NCBI RefSeq assembly: GCF_036321535.1
Contig: NC_087436.1
Coordinates: 64,172,001 to 64,236,000, forward strand
DNA: 64,000 nt
Origin: Camelus dromedarius
Lineage: Eukaryota
Reading direction: 5' to 3'
Shown here: piece after piece, positions 25,666 to 36,830 of the stretch
Position numbering within the stretch: the stretch's first letter is position 1
How the letters are laid out: every line of letters begins with the position of its first letter
Made by a program: the position numbers and the translations under genes
Notes under the pieces: model-generated
What the model saw: only the letters and a program-made list of their open reading frames with translations
The model's database searches: none
Told to the model about the DNA's origin: nothing

Positions 25666-26329
25666 TATTGTCTCTGTTTTGTATTTCTAGCTGTATTTCC
25701 TGTTTCTATCTTATTTATATTTTAAGTGACATTGTTACTGTATAAATTTATGTTGTACAAAAAGTTTAATTCTTCAAGTGCTAGGTTAAGGTGTTAATTT
25801 TTTAACACTTTCTTAACTATGACAGGAACTGCTTTTATTAGTCTCTGAATTTAAGTAGAAAAAAATTACATCATCCAAGTGGAAAATGCTGCTCTCATGA
25901 ATTTTCCTTCTGAGATATTTTTTGCTTATCTTTGAAAGTGTGCCTTATTTCCTTTAGTAAATGATTCCCAAACAACTAACCACAGGAACCACAGCCTAAC
26001 TGTTTCTGCAGTTATACGGTATTAGCTGTTTTATCTAACTAAAGCACTTTTTACATAGAAAAGACCTTTATTGAGGAAAATCGTTTATAGTATGTTCTAA
26101 CAGATTGGATCATCTAGCATTCAAGACCAGCAGATTAAAATCAGCAAATTATAAGAGTAGAAATACTAGAAACTAAATACGGATCTTACATTTCATATTA
26201 AGACTGGGGCCCAAATGAACATGGAAAGGCATCATAAAAAATTTAGTAAGTATAGCAGTCTGGATCTGTTTTATGTCAGAGCAAAGTTTCCTTATGTGTC
26301 TAAGAGCTTTTGAATTACACATATTTTAC

Positions 26330-26510
26330 AAATGGGGTTCTGATTAGGAACAACTCTAGATCAGGTTACCTTCCCTCTAGGCCTGGCCTTGCTGTTAACT
26401 TGCTGTGAGATTTAGGGCACATCATATAATCTCTCTGGATTGTAGTATTCTCATTTGTCCAATTAGTGAGGATAGTACTAGATTATCCATAAAGGGCCTT
26501 CTTACTCTTA
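26330..26510 (+). mobile_element. MIR SINE
   Basis: aacttgctgtgagatttagggcacatcatataatctctctggattgtagtattctcatttgt, MIR core. Confidence 0.7.
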
Positions 26511-27209
26511 AAAAAAATAAGATGCTGCAATTCTGTCGTGATCTTGGGTCACTGAGAAGAAAAAGGCAGTTTGCATGTATTTAATATACTTTGTCAGAAG
26601 GCAAGGATATATACAATACATTTTAAAAGACTTAAAAAATATATATAACTTTGAAAAACAGTTTTGGTCTTTGGAAGAAATCCACTAAATTTTCAGAAAA
26701 CTTGACTATTATGGGATCATTGATTACTCTGCTATTTTTCAAAATTTTAATAATTAAAAGAATTCTTAGATTTTGTTTCATATTAAGTATTTATATGAGT
26801 AGAGTAAGTATAAATTCATATCCCCATTTTTAGTATTATGTGTCTTTACTGAAAATTATATTTTTAATTTTTTCAGAATTCCTGATATCAATTAAAATGT
26901 GTTGGATTAACTTCTCACCTTAATTCTGAAACAAAGGGTTATAATAAACTCTCAATTTTTTTCAGAGTAAATATGATTTTTCTAAATAATTTTAATTATG
27001 AGAATAATCATAATCGTGAGAAGAGGCTTTGAAAGTATCATCTTTGGTTACATTGGCTTAATGCAGAATAACTATTTCTCCATTAGTAACACATTTCAAA
27101 TGCTAAAGAATGTCATCATAAATCTTGACTAAAGATTGAAACAATTTTAATTTACTTTTTAAAAATTATGTATTTAATACCTATTATATTAGTTTCTGGT
27201 GCACAAAAG

Positions 27210-27550
27210 ACCGCTGTTATGTTCTGGAGTGATGGTGCCCTGACCTCCAGAAAATCACAGGTCTAGTTGGGGACACAGAAACATGTAAAACTAGCTATGT
27301 TATAATGTGCTAAATACTATAAAAGAAACATTAGAAGAACGGAGTAATTAATTCTAAATAAAAAGCCTTAGGCAAGCTGTGCAGAATTGGTGGTATATGA
27401 AAAGGATTTTAATACTGGAGAACAGAGAATGGATATTCTAAGAGAATGGATATTCTGAGTATTCATTAGTGAATATCCTGTTCTGGGGGCATATAATTTC
27501 CCTGGGTGATAGAGTTTTAGGTAAAGGTGCTTGAGGAAATTTAAGAACAT
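27210..27550 (-). mobile_element. L2 fragment preceded by a very short L1-like 3' tail (~27155-27208)
   Basis: gccctgacctccagaaaatcacaggtctagttggggacacaga is antisense L2; attatattagtttctggtgcacaa resembles an L1 3' terminus. Confidence 0.6.
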
Positions 27551-30500
27551 TAAAAGTCCCTTTTAATATTGTTATGTATTTCGGATAAATCCAATTGTAC
27601 AGGTATTACTGCGATGTTTAAAGAACAGCATTTCTTGAAAGTGTGAGAGTTGCATTAAAGGTAGGAAATAACTATCAGATAAAAATCACGAAATAGCCAG
27701 AACCGATTCTGTATACTTTTTGCAAAAACCAGTACTCTTGAGCACTGATGAAATTTCAAATGCTGAACTCCCTCTGCTGAATTTTTACATAAACCTTTTA
27801 AATATATATCTTTAGAACTTATTTAGCTCAGGAGGACTATGGTTTTTTCTTCTTTAAAACATAAATTTTACACTCAAAGTTTCTTTTATAACTTTCTAAT
27901 CAATCTAGTATACATTATATGCATTTTTTCTTGAGTCCTAAGATGTGTCTGTGGAAGTGAATTTTATTGCTTTAGAGAAAAAATGAAATAAAGAAATTGG
28001 ATTTCTGGGTTTGGCTTAGTGCTGCCTTCAATGTTCTGAGAACAATAATGCAATTAGCTAAAATGTTTATCCACAAAATTTAATTCCTGGGGAGTAGCTT
28101 CTCAAATTGCTTCTTACAAGTGTAACGGAAGCAAGCAGTTGTTTGCTGGCTTTGTTGCCAAAAATTGTAAATGGCTAGATTTTTGTAAAACTTGGTGGTA
28201 ATGCATATATAATCATGTAAACTCTCCATTGTCAGTTTGAAAGAGAAAACTGAATTTTGTAGATAAACACTTTTCGTTATATTGTATCTCTGTTCTCAGC
28301 CATGAGTGAAGAAATCTTTGATGTTATTAATTACTCCACAAATGAAGTTTTTAATAGACTTCTTTTTCATTTCAATTTAGTTTCATCCTTGATTAAATAT
28401 ATTGAATTAGCAAAATTTTTGGATTATCATTTTTATGGATATCTAGTGATAAGCAGTTGAAAATGGAAGTTTGATATTTATCCTGGGCATATGTAAATAT
28501 CCAAAGAAGGTGAATGCTTCTTATCATTACACCTGTATCAGGAAACACTGTAGCAATAATTCCCTCTGATAGTACCTTTAAAAAGCATTGCTAATAGGAA
28601 AAGAACAACGTGTATTAGAAAACTTTTGCTGTAAATATAGCTTCTGAAAAGTTATCCCTGAGCAAAAGGCTATGCAGATCATTTCTAACAACTTTGCCTT
28701 ACTGTACTGTTATTTCAGGTGCTTTCTATCTCAACTGAACTGTTTCCAAGCTGCAGTTAAAACATACCATTAGGTTAATCCTATATAATAAATATAATAA
28801 AAATATGAGGGTTATAATAGGTTATTAAATCCACTAAGCAAAATATCACAACAAATTAAAGCTTTCATTTAAAAAATAGTCAATTGCAGCCCATTTGTTA
28901 TAGATAAGTTGTATGATAAGATAGCTAAGAATATTTGAACTGGCATGGACTTCAATATAATGCTAAGAAATAGATTTAATATAAAACAGTTTGCAAAACA
29001 TTGATACTGGTATGGAGGTGGGTAGCTCAACTGTTATTTTAGAAAGAGTAACACTAATTGCCTTTTTATCCCATCTTCTGATGGGGCATCTTGTGCTATT
29101 AACAGACAAACAAGGAATAATGAGCTAATGGAGTCTCCACCAAACTATTCACCATCAGTTGAAGACCAAATCTGAATTGAGATCATTTCCAAATTGCATT
29201 TACTGTAGTCAATGTTAGCTAAAGAGAGAAAGGATTTATTGTGAAGTGCTACTTACATTATGCCTTTCACTCAGATGCCTGACACATTTCCTGTAGGTTT
29301 TGAGATCCAGTGACAAAGTTCTTTTAACTTTAGCTATAGCAGAAAGTAAACTTCTAACAAAGTTTCAATTAATGAAATAACATTAGATTTGTTCCTTATT
29401 ATGTATATTCATCTTTAATATATTTAGAATGCAAACTCAATTATAATGCTGGCCCATTCTGCCATTAGTGATAATAAAGTCTTTAAAGTAAAAAAAAAAA
29501 AAAAAAAGCATTTTTTACTCTCTTTGATAGTGCCATGGATACTTTTAAACTTAAAAGAATGCACATATATCAAGTTACATGACAGTATTTTTATTATGTT
29601 ACTCTGGAAGGAGAGATTCTTATTTTGACTTAGACTGGAAATTTGCTATTGCCATCTTGACTCATTTGAACTGAGTTCTTGAGTATTTTATTATTTGAAG
29701 GATTTTAATTTCTGATAAGATACTGTATAGTAAAAATACGAATGAAGAGTAACCAACATTCTTTTGGCTTTCCCAGCCACTGCCTTTTTCTGTCACATCA
29801 AAGTTTAACTCATCCAGGAGGAAAATCTTTATTGTTATATTGATGTATATTCTGGTTATTATAAATCTATGTGTTCTCCAGCTAATAAATTAGTTTATTA
29901 ATTGACACCAATAACTTGTATGGTACAGGGCTTTGACTGGGGTTTTTGATATTTCTCACATTCAGATTCACAACTCTTGAGTGTGATGTCCCAGGTCCTT
30001 AGAAACATATTTTCATGTACTTTGTTTAATAATTCATTGACCTAGTAAGGAAGAGATTATTGAATTAACCACTGAGAGGAATGGAAATTTGATTTAGTAG
30101 AATAAAGTTTTACATTTCATAATCAGTTTCCTATAAATTAAGCCTGTTAAAACTGTGAAATAATATGTAACAACAATATTAATGCAGTTTCTAGGAGTTC
30201 AGTCATATAAAAATGTTATTAAATCATTACATCATCATTTAGTAATGATTACAGAATTATAGAAAGTTAGGATTTTTACACAACAAACTTTTTCTTTCTT
30301 GCATATTAATATAGCCTCTGCTTTTTTCCCCTCTAACAATTTTTCCTTCTTGTTATTCTCGTGGAACTTTCTGAATTTTAAATAATTTTGCTAAAGAAAT
30401 TAAGGAGCAGAACAGATGTGACAGAAGCAGAGTGACCTTTTGTGTCTGTGGTCTGATCAGCAGTAAAAAACAAATAGTCAAAAGATACTTAAAAGGGAAA

Positions 30501-31992
30501 TGGAGCAAATGCAGGGATATGAAAACATGAAAGTATGTGTGTGATCTTTGGAGGTTTTGCTTTTTAACTCCTTCAGGGACCACCTTAATCCTGCAGGGAA
30601 TCGTGTATTTCACAGCATCTTTCTGCCTCTCAATTCCAGGTTAGCAGAGTTGTCTGTTTCCTCACCAAGTCTTCCTCCTTCTTTTGCACCAGTGTTTCTA
30701 AGATGCTGGTTGAGACTAGTCCTTTTCTGTTCCTTATATTTTCTAAGTGCTATGTGTGAGTATCTATCTTGGGAAAATTTGAATAATTGCAGGAGTTGCT
30801 AATCTCCAGTCAAAATTTTGAAAACAGTAACTGGTCTTTTCAGGTTCCAGAGGGGTATGTCGAATCTCTTATCTCTTAAGAATCATTTCTTCAAAGAAGA
30901 GATTATAAAGCTTAAAGATTCTACTTCTCTGTATTTTACTCTGAAGATGGTTTGAGTGTATAGTTTTAGAAACAGAATAGGTCAGTAATAAATCGGTCAC
31001 TGGAGAGCAGTACCAAACCGTATTTTGAACTGTGAAGTAAGTAAATCTGAAACTTGAAAGTTCCGGAGTGAACCATTCTTCATACTATTTTAGAAGTCTT
31101 TATCACACCCATCAGGCTGGATTCTGAATGATGAGCAAAGTGATATCAGTTTTGAAGTATTTTATTTTGCCTTGAGAAAAAAATTCATTGAACAATGTTT
31201 CACTGAAACTGTAATCCTGAAAATTTGTCAGTGCCCTTTGTGAAATGTCTAAGAATTAAAATTAAGGAATAGTTGAAATGAGTGTGATAAAATATCATTT
31301 ATTAAATAAGAAATCAACCTTTGAAATTCTAAAATTCCATACAAAATATGAGATTTTAGCTTTGAATTTTGGATTTTGATTGATTGAAAGTATCTGTATA
31401 AGCAGACCCTTCATTAGCTGTCAGGGGGTGAGAATTACTAGTCTCGGTAAATGTGTTGACAGTAAATGGTACCACAGTTCAGCTTGAACAGTATATTTTT
31501 TTAATTGAGATAAATTACCTTACCTTTTTTCTTATCTGTTAATACTGAAGACATGGCAAGAAATTTCATAAAGTCATCATCTGGACTTGGTTAGCAAGTT
31601 TAATTCATGATAATTCTATCCATCAACCTCACTTGGTTTCAGTAATACATAGTAAAATAACATCTTATTTTCTGCTTTTCCTGGCTTTCCTAGGTTTGCT
31701 GACCATTCCACCTTTATGGCTTTCTCTGTACCTTTGTCCTCTAACACCATATGTGGAACCTCTGGTATAGAACACTTTTTTAAAAATATGTTTGACTTCC
31801 TTGCTATACCCCTGAAATGAACTAACATATTCAAAGGATCTTTCAAAATCCAATATTTATTTAAATAAGAAAATCAGATCTGATGTAGAGAACATTTTAA
31901 AAAAGGAATCCTCTCTTCTTCTTTTTCACCTCTTCCCTTTGCCATGTGATTTTTCTCCTTCCACAACTGTCTCCTTAACCCCTGGTCCCCCT

Positions 31993-32037
31993 ACACACAC
32001 ACACACACACAGACACAGACACACACACACAGACACA

Positions 32038-32079
<42 letters not shown>
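31993..32079. repeat. Compound (CA)n/(CAGACA)n microsatellite
   Basis: About 85 bp of acacac... with interspersed agac units, read directly. Confidence 0.97.
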
Positions 32080-32083
<4 letters not shown>

Positions 32084-33494
32084 CCTCAGTCCTTTTCTCT
32101 CCTTTATTCTTTGTTACTGCAAGGAAAGAATAATGTATACTAGGGTTACTTAAATTTATTCACATATTCTAATTAGAAATAAAAGTACTGAATGGACCAT
32201 TTATAGGACAGGACAATCCCTTACTTGTAAGAAGAAAGTATATGGAAATAGAAATTCTCCATAGAGTTAGACATCACTGAAATTATTATTCATTCAACTG
32301 TCAACATATTTGAAGATAAAACTGCTTATTTCAGTTAGTAGTCAGATTGTTACTAATAGACAAATAACATTAAATGAACTGTGTGAAACTTCCAGGAATA
32401 GATTTTTTTTTATATTTTTCATAATAGGAATTAATATTAATTAGTCAAGGACATTGCTGACTAATTTGGCACTGATTTTGAAAGTATGTTTTTATGGCTA
32501 AAGGAGAGTATCTTCCATATGAAATGAAAAATCATAGAAGTCATATATTAGACAATAATGTATAACAGAAATATTAATTTATCCCTATTTCATCTTTTGG
32601 GCCAATTCCATTAATTTTCAAGATCTATTTCATAGATATTATATAAACTTTATGTTTTTAAGGTATCTAAATTTGTAAATAAAAGTAGAAAAAAGGTATC
32701 TAAAGATAAGAGCAATATCACTCTTTACAGTGAATAAAATACTACATGTGTCCATAAAACTACCACTAATGGTTCTGTCACTAGACGTGTTAAAGGTGGG
32801 AATGAAGTTCCCTGGGCCTGAATTTCTACCCTGAAACTTGACAGCATTGGACTTTCTGACCAAGGTATCTTCCTGACTCTAAACGTTTAATATTTAAAGT
32901 CTTCCCTCTTGCTCTACAAACTTAAATTCTTTCTTTGGGATTTTGGAAGTGGGAAGGAATGTCATTCATGTTTGCTCTTTTATATGGTAAGGTAGACAAG
33001 AAGCTCAGTCAGAATGACAGGCTATGATTTCCAAATTTACACTGTTGTGTTGACAAATGCAGTAAATTTGTACTTCGTTATAAACAGAGGTGTTCAGTTA
33101 TAAGTAGAGGACACATGATCAGTGCAAGTGTGCCCCTGAGACAATATAATTTTCTGCAAATCAAAATAATTAGCAAGAGAGCGTATATTTCCTTAATGGA
33201 GTACTGAGATTTTATCAGCTTCTATTAGAGTGTTCATTAAAAAAAAAATAAAGAAAAAAGAAGGATCCAGTTGAATTTTTAAACCTCAGTTAAAGAAGAT
33301 GGTTTTGCATATGTGATATCTTAATGATTAACATATCTAGAAGAGATGATTCCATGTTGAAAGCAGTGTAATAATTATAGAAATGAATATAATTATTATA
33401 AAAAAAACTTGCTCCAGTCGAACAGTCAAGTGAAATAAATATGGAATTTAAAAAAGACTCTTAGAGTATAAAAAAGAGGGAAAATGATATACTT

Positions 33495-33665
33495 TATTTT
33501 GTAGAGGAGACTAGAGAGTCGGCTAGAAATCACTCCTGTTTAAACCTGGCATTTTGTAGAAGAGAATCATCACTATATATTGTCCATGAGATTCCCTGTG
33601 AATTACTGGCAATGTGAGGCTGTAGTAGTCAGAGCTCTTTATTCCTTCCAAACCAGTTATTGTGC
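33495..33665 (-). mobile_element. MIR fragments
   Basis: attttgtagaggagactagag and cattttgtagaagagaat...ttgtccatgagattcc, antisense MIR core-like. Confidence 0.45.
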
Positions 33666-33768
33666 TACTAATTAGAATTGGATATTGGTGGTAGTGGAAA
33701 TGAGGGAGACTATCAATGTTACTTTGTGTTAAATTTTAATCACACAAGTTAGGACATTCAGAATTATG

Positions 33769-33782
33769 GTTTCCATGGTAAC
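33769..33782. promoter_or_regulatory. RFX X-box motif
   Basis: GTTTCCATGGTAAC is an exact match to GTTNCCATGGNAAC. Motif match only; function untested. Confidence 0.5.
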
Positions 33783-34542
33783 CACAACACTGAGCCCTGT
33801 GTGAAGGCATTACAGTGGGGGTCTTTGATTAAAAGAAAGTAAACCAGAAGTGAAACAAAATGCTCCATATGTGCCGCTAAAGTTACCAAAAATTAAAGAA
33901 AAGTCCAACTACCTTGTCCTTAATTATATTTGCTTAATAGTATGTCACGTGTCTGTGCAGTACACTGAAAAGTCTGTTGTAATTCTCGTGTGGATGCTTT
34001 GTTTTCATTAGATTTTAAATGATTATTTTTATAGCAGCTTTTGCATTTTAAAAATTTATTCAATTTATAATTTTCATTTTAACAGAATCTGACTTTAGAG
34101 AATTCAAGCTAATTCATATGGAAGGGGATTTTTTTTTTTCACTGAAAATTGTTTACAAAATGCATAGATTGAATTGTAGTACTGGATCTTTGTTTGTAAG
34201 CTTAGATTTTGAATATATGGGTTAAGATAACTACTTAAAGTTCCATTTTTACTGTTAATTTTTATCATCAACTTGAAAAGATTCCCAAGTAAGAAATGAG
34301 ATTGTTGACTAATTCAGAGCATGTAGCAATTGGATTTATTAAGAGATTGATGCAATAAAAAGTAGTTGGAGATGCTGATCACTAAAGATAAAATGTATTT
34401 CGAGAAGATTTATTTTTGTAGAATGAATTTTAGTCAAATTGGAGATAATAATCATTACGCCTTTATGTTACATTCCTGTCTCATTTTTGATAGAAATGCA
34501 ATGTTTAACATATATTGGAAAACAAATGTTTCGTGTGATTAA

Positions 34543-34627
34543 ATATATATATATAGACATTTATATATATGTGTATATATAAATGTCTATATATATGTGT
34601 GTATAATGTGTATATATATATATATAT
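34543..34627. repeat. (TA)n-rich low-complexity tract containing a perfect 23-bp inverted repeat
   Basis: Arms 34547-34569 and 34574-34596 are exact reverse complements around a TGTG loop. Confidence 0.92.
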
Positions 34628-35031
34628 AAAAGCATGACAGAGTAATATTTGTGCTGTAGAAACAGAATAGACCCACTCAGATAAGGAATTTCTCCTGTAT
34701 TATAGTTGTGTTTTATTGAGCATCTATTATAAGCTGAGTTACGCTAAGTTCGTCATTATCTGAGTTTATATGCCTTAAGGAGCATATGATCTGGTGACAT
34801 TTTTGACAAGAATAAGTAAAAATAATAACATATTTTTCTCCATTTTCATTTCTAAATAGAGAAAATGCTAATTCGGACTAATACTTCTCATTAAGTAGTT
34901 CAAAAACCTGTAATATATATTCAAATCAATAACATAGATTAAGTACTTTTCTATGAATACTTAGTCATGGAAGAATGCCAGTGAGTCAAACTTTAAAATC
35001 AAATACTGTTTTACAGACCATTAGTCTGTTG

Positions 35032-35354
35032 CAGATATCAGCAAACTTTTTTCTCTAAAGGGCCAGAGAGTAAACATCTTAGGCTTTGTAGGACATGTGT
35101 CTGTCCTCACTGCTGAACTCTGCTGTCATAGTGTGATGGCAGCTGTAGTCAGTATGGTAAAAATGAGCATAGCTGTGTTCCAATAAAACTTCAGTAGGCC
35201 CTGAACTTTGAGGTTCATGTAATTTTCACATCTTGAAATATTCTTTTTCTTTTAACTATTATAAAATATAAAAAAAAAATTCTGAGCTTGTGGGATGTAC
35301 AAAGACAGGGAGTGCTGCAGATTAATCTTGTGGGCTGTAGTTTACCAAACCCTG
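35032..35354 (+). mobile_element. MER58 (hAT-Charlie non-autonomous DNA transposon, MER58B-like)
   Basis: Start cagatatcagcaaactttt...aaagggccagagagtaaa, internal gctgtgttccaataaaact, end gggctgtagtttaccaaaccctg; decayed TIRs. Confidence 0.85.
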
Positions 35355-36079
35355 GTCTTTTTATTCTCTGATTTTTTTGTTTTTTGGTTTGTTTTTTGGG
35401 GGTAAAGGGGTTGTTTATTTCTTTATTGACATTCAAAATATAATATCTACCTGCACGTCAAAAATGAGTACTTAAACACCAAACACTTGTTCAAAATTAT
35501 GTTTCAAAATTCTACATCAATTTCCATGGATGATTTGAATATTCGATGAGACATTCTATTTTGAAACAGTAGTAACATCATCTACATGGATTTGATGGGC
35601 CCTAAAATTGCATGTTTCTTCCATATGTGAGGTTAAATCAGAGTGAGAGCTAGGCAAATATTTGGGTCGATGGAGATCACAATGTTAATAAAGTGATTGG
35701 AGAATGTGGCTCACACATACAGCTGCAATGGGCTCCCTAACGTTGCATCCCAGAATTAAGCAGCTTCAAGCTCAGAGGGATACATACAGGCCTCCTCATG
35801 TGAGGTGCTGCCACTATCAAGTTTATGGGATGGAACAAAATACCAGAATCTCTGTTTCCTGCTTGTGCCTGACTGTTCGCTGATGGGAGAGGGAAAGGAC
35901 ACTAGCCGGGTATGTCAGTTTCCTTTCCAAAACTCATCCGTTAGGTAAGTCACTTTTTTTCCCTTTAGCAGAGTGAACAAAGGCTGGCAAGTGCCAAAAA
36001 GTTACATTAAATCCTGTTCTTTCCCAAGGAAAAAAAAAAGAATTGAAAGGAAAGGTTTTTTGTTCCTGTTTTTCCTGTC

Positions 36080-36830
36080 TTTTATCCATTCATTTATTTA
36101 ATCATTCAGCACTTTTTTTTTTTTTTTTTTTTAGTTGCCCACATCTTTTTAGTTGTTGGCTCAGACTGTCACAACAAAACACCATAGTCTGGGTGACTTA
36201 AACAATAAAAAATAATTTTCTCACAATTCTAGAGGTTAGAAGTCCCATCTCTCGGCACCTGTTTGGTTCCTGAGGTGGACTCCTTTCCTGGCTTTCAGCT
36301 GACTGTCTTCTTAATGTCCTCCCATGGCCTTTCCTGCGTACACCTTTGCAGAGAGAGAGAGGGAGTGAGCTCCTTGGTGTCTCTTTTTAAAGGGACGCTA
36401 ATCCTGTCAGATCAGGGCTTCATCCTCATGATCTTATGTAACCTTAATTACTTTTTTTAGCAGCTCCATCTCCAAATACAATTATATATGAATTTTGGAG
36501 GGACACAACTTACACCTTAACAACTACTCTGTGCCAGGCTCTGTTCTAGTTACTGGATATATATTAGCGAGTTCCTGGTACCATGGTGTTTGTAGTCTAT
36601 TGGCAGAGACAGGTATTACTTGAGAAATTTCACTAACTAATGTGTAATAGCAAACTGAAATAACCTCTCTAAGGGAAAGAACAATATTTTTGAGACCATT
36701 ATAATAAGAAAGTCCATGTATGTAATATATAATAAAAAACCTAACTTAGGTTCAGAGAAGGCATCCCTGGGGACTGAAGAGGAATGTTCCAGAGAAAGGA
36801 AGCATCTTATGAAAAAAAGCCTTGTCACCG
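36080..36830 (-). mobile_element. L2 3' end interrupted by an MLT1 LTR
   Basis: ccattcatttatttaatcattcagca... resumes after the LTR as actactctgtgccaggctctgttctag. Confidence 0.7.
36143..36522 (-). mobile_element. MaLR solo LTR (MLT1A/B-like)
   Basis: acaaaacaccatagtctgggtgacttaaacaa...ttctcacaattctagaggttagaagtcc...gaattttggagggacacaac...aaca. Confidence 0.85.

Noticed and set aside
28381..28509. Exon between ttcaatttag and AAG|GTGAAT
   Set aside because: Stops in all frames and weaker splice signals than the 17341 candidate; expected by chance in T-rich intron sequence.
31939..32133. His/Thr-rich ORF
   Set aside because: Translation of the (CA)n microsatellite.
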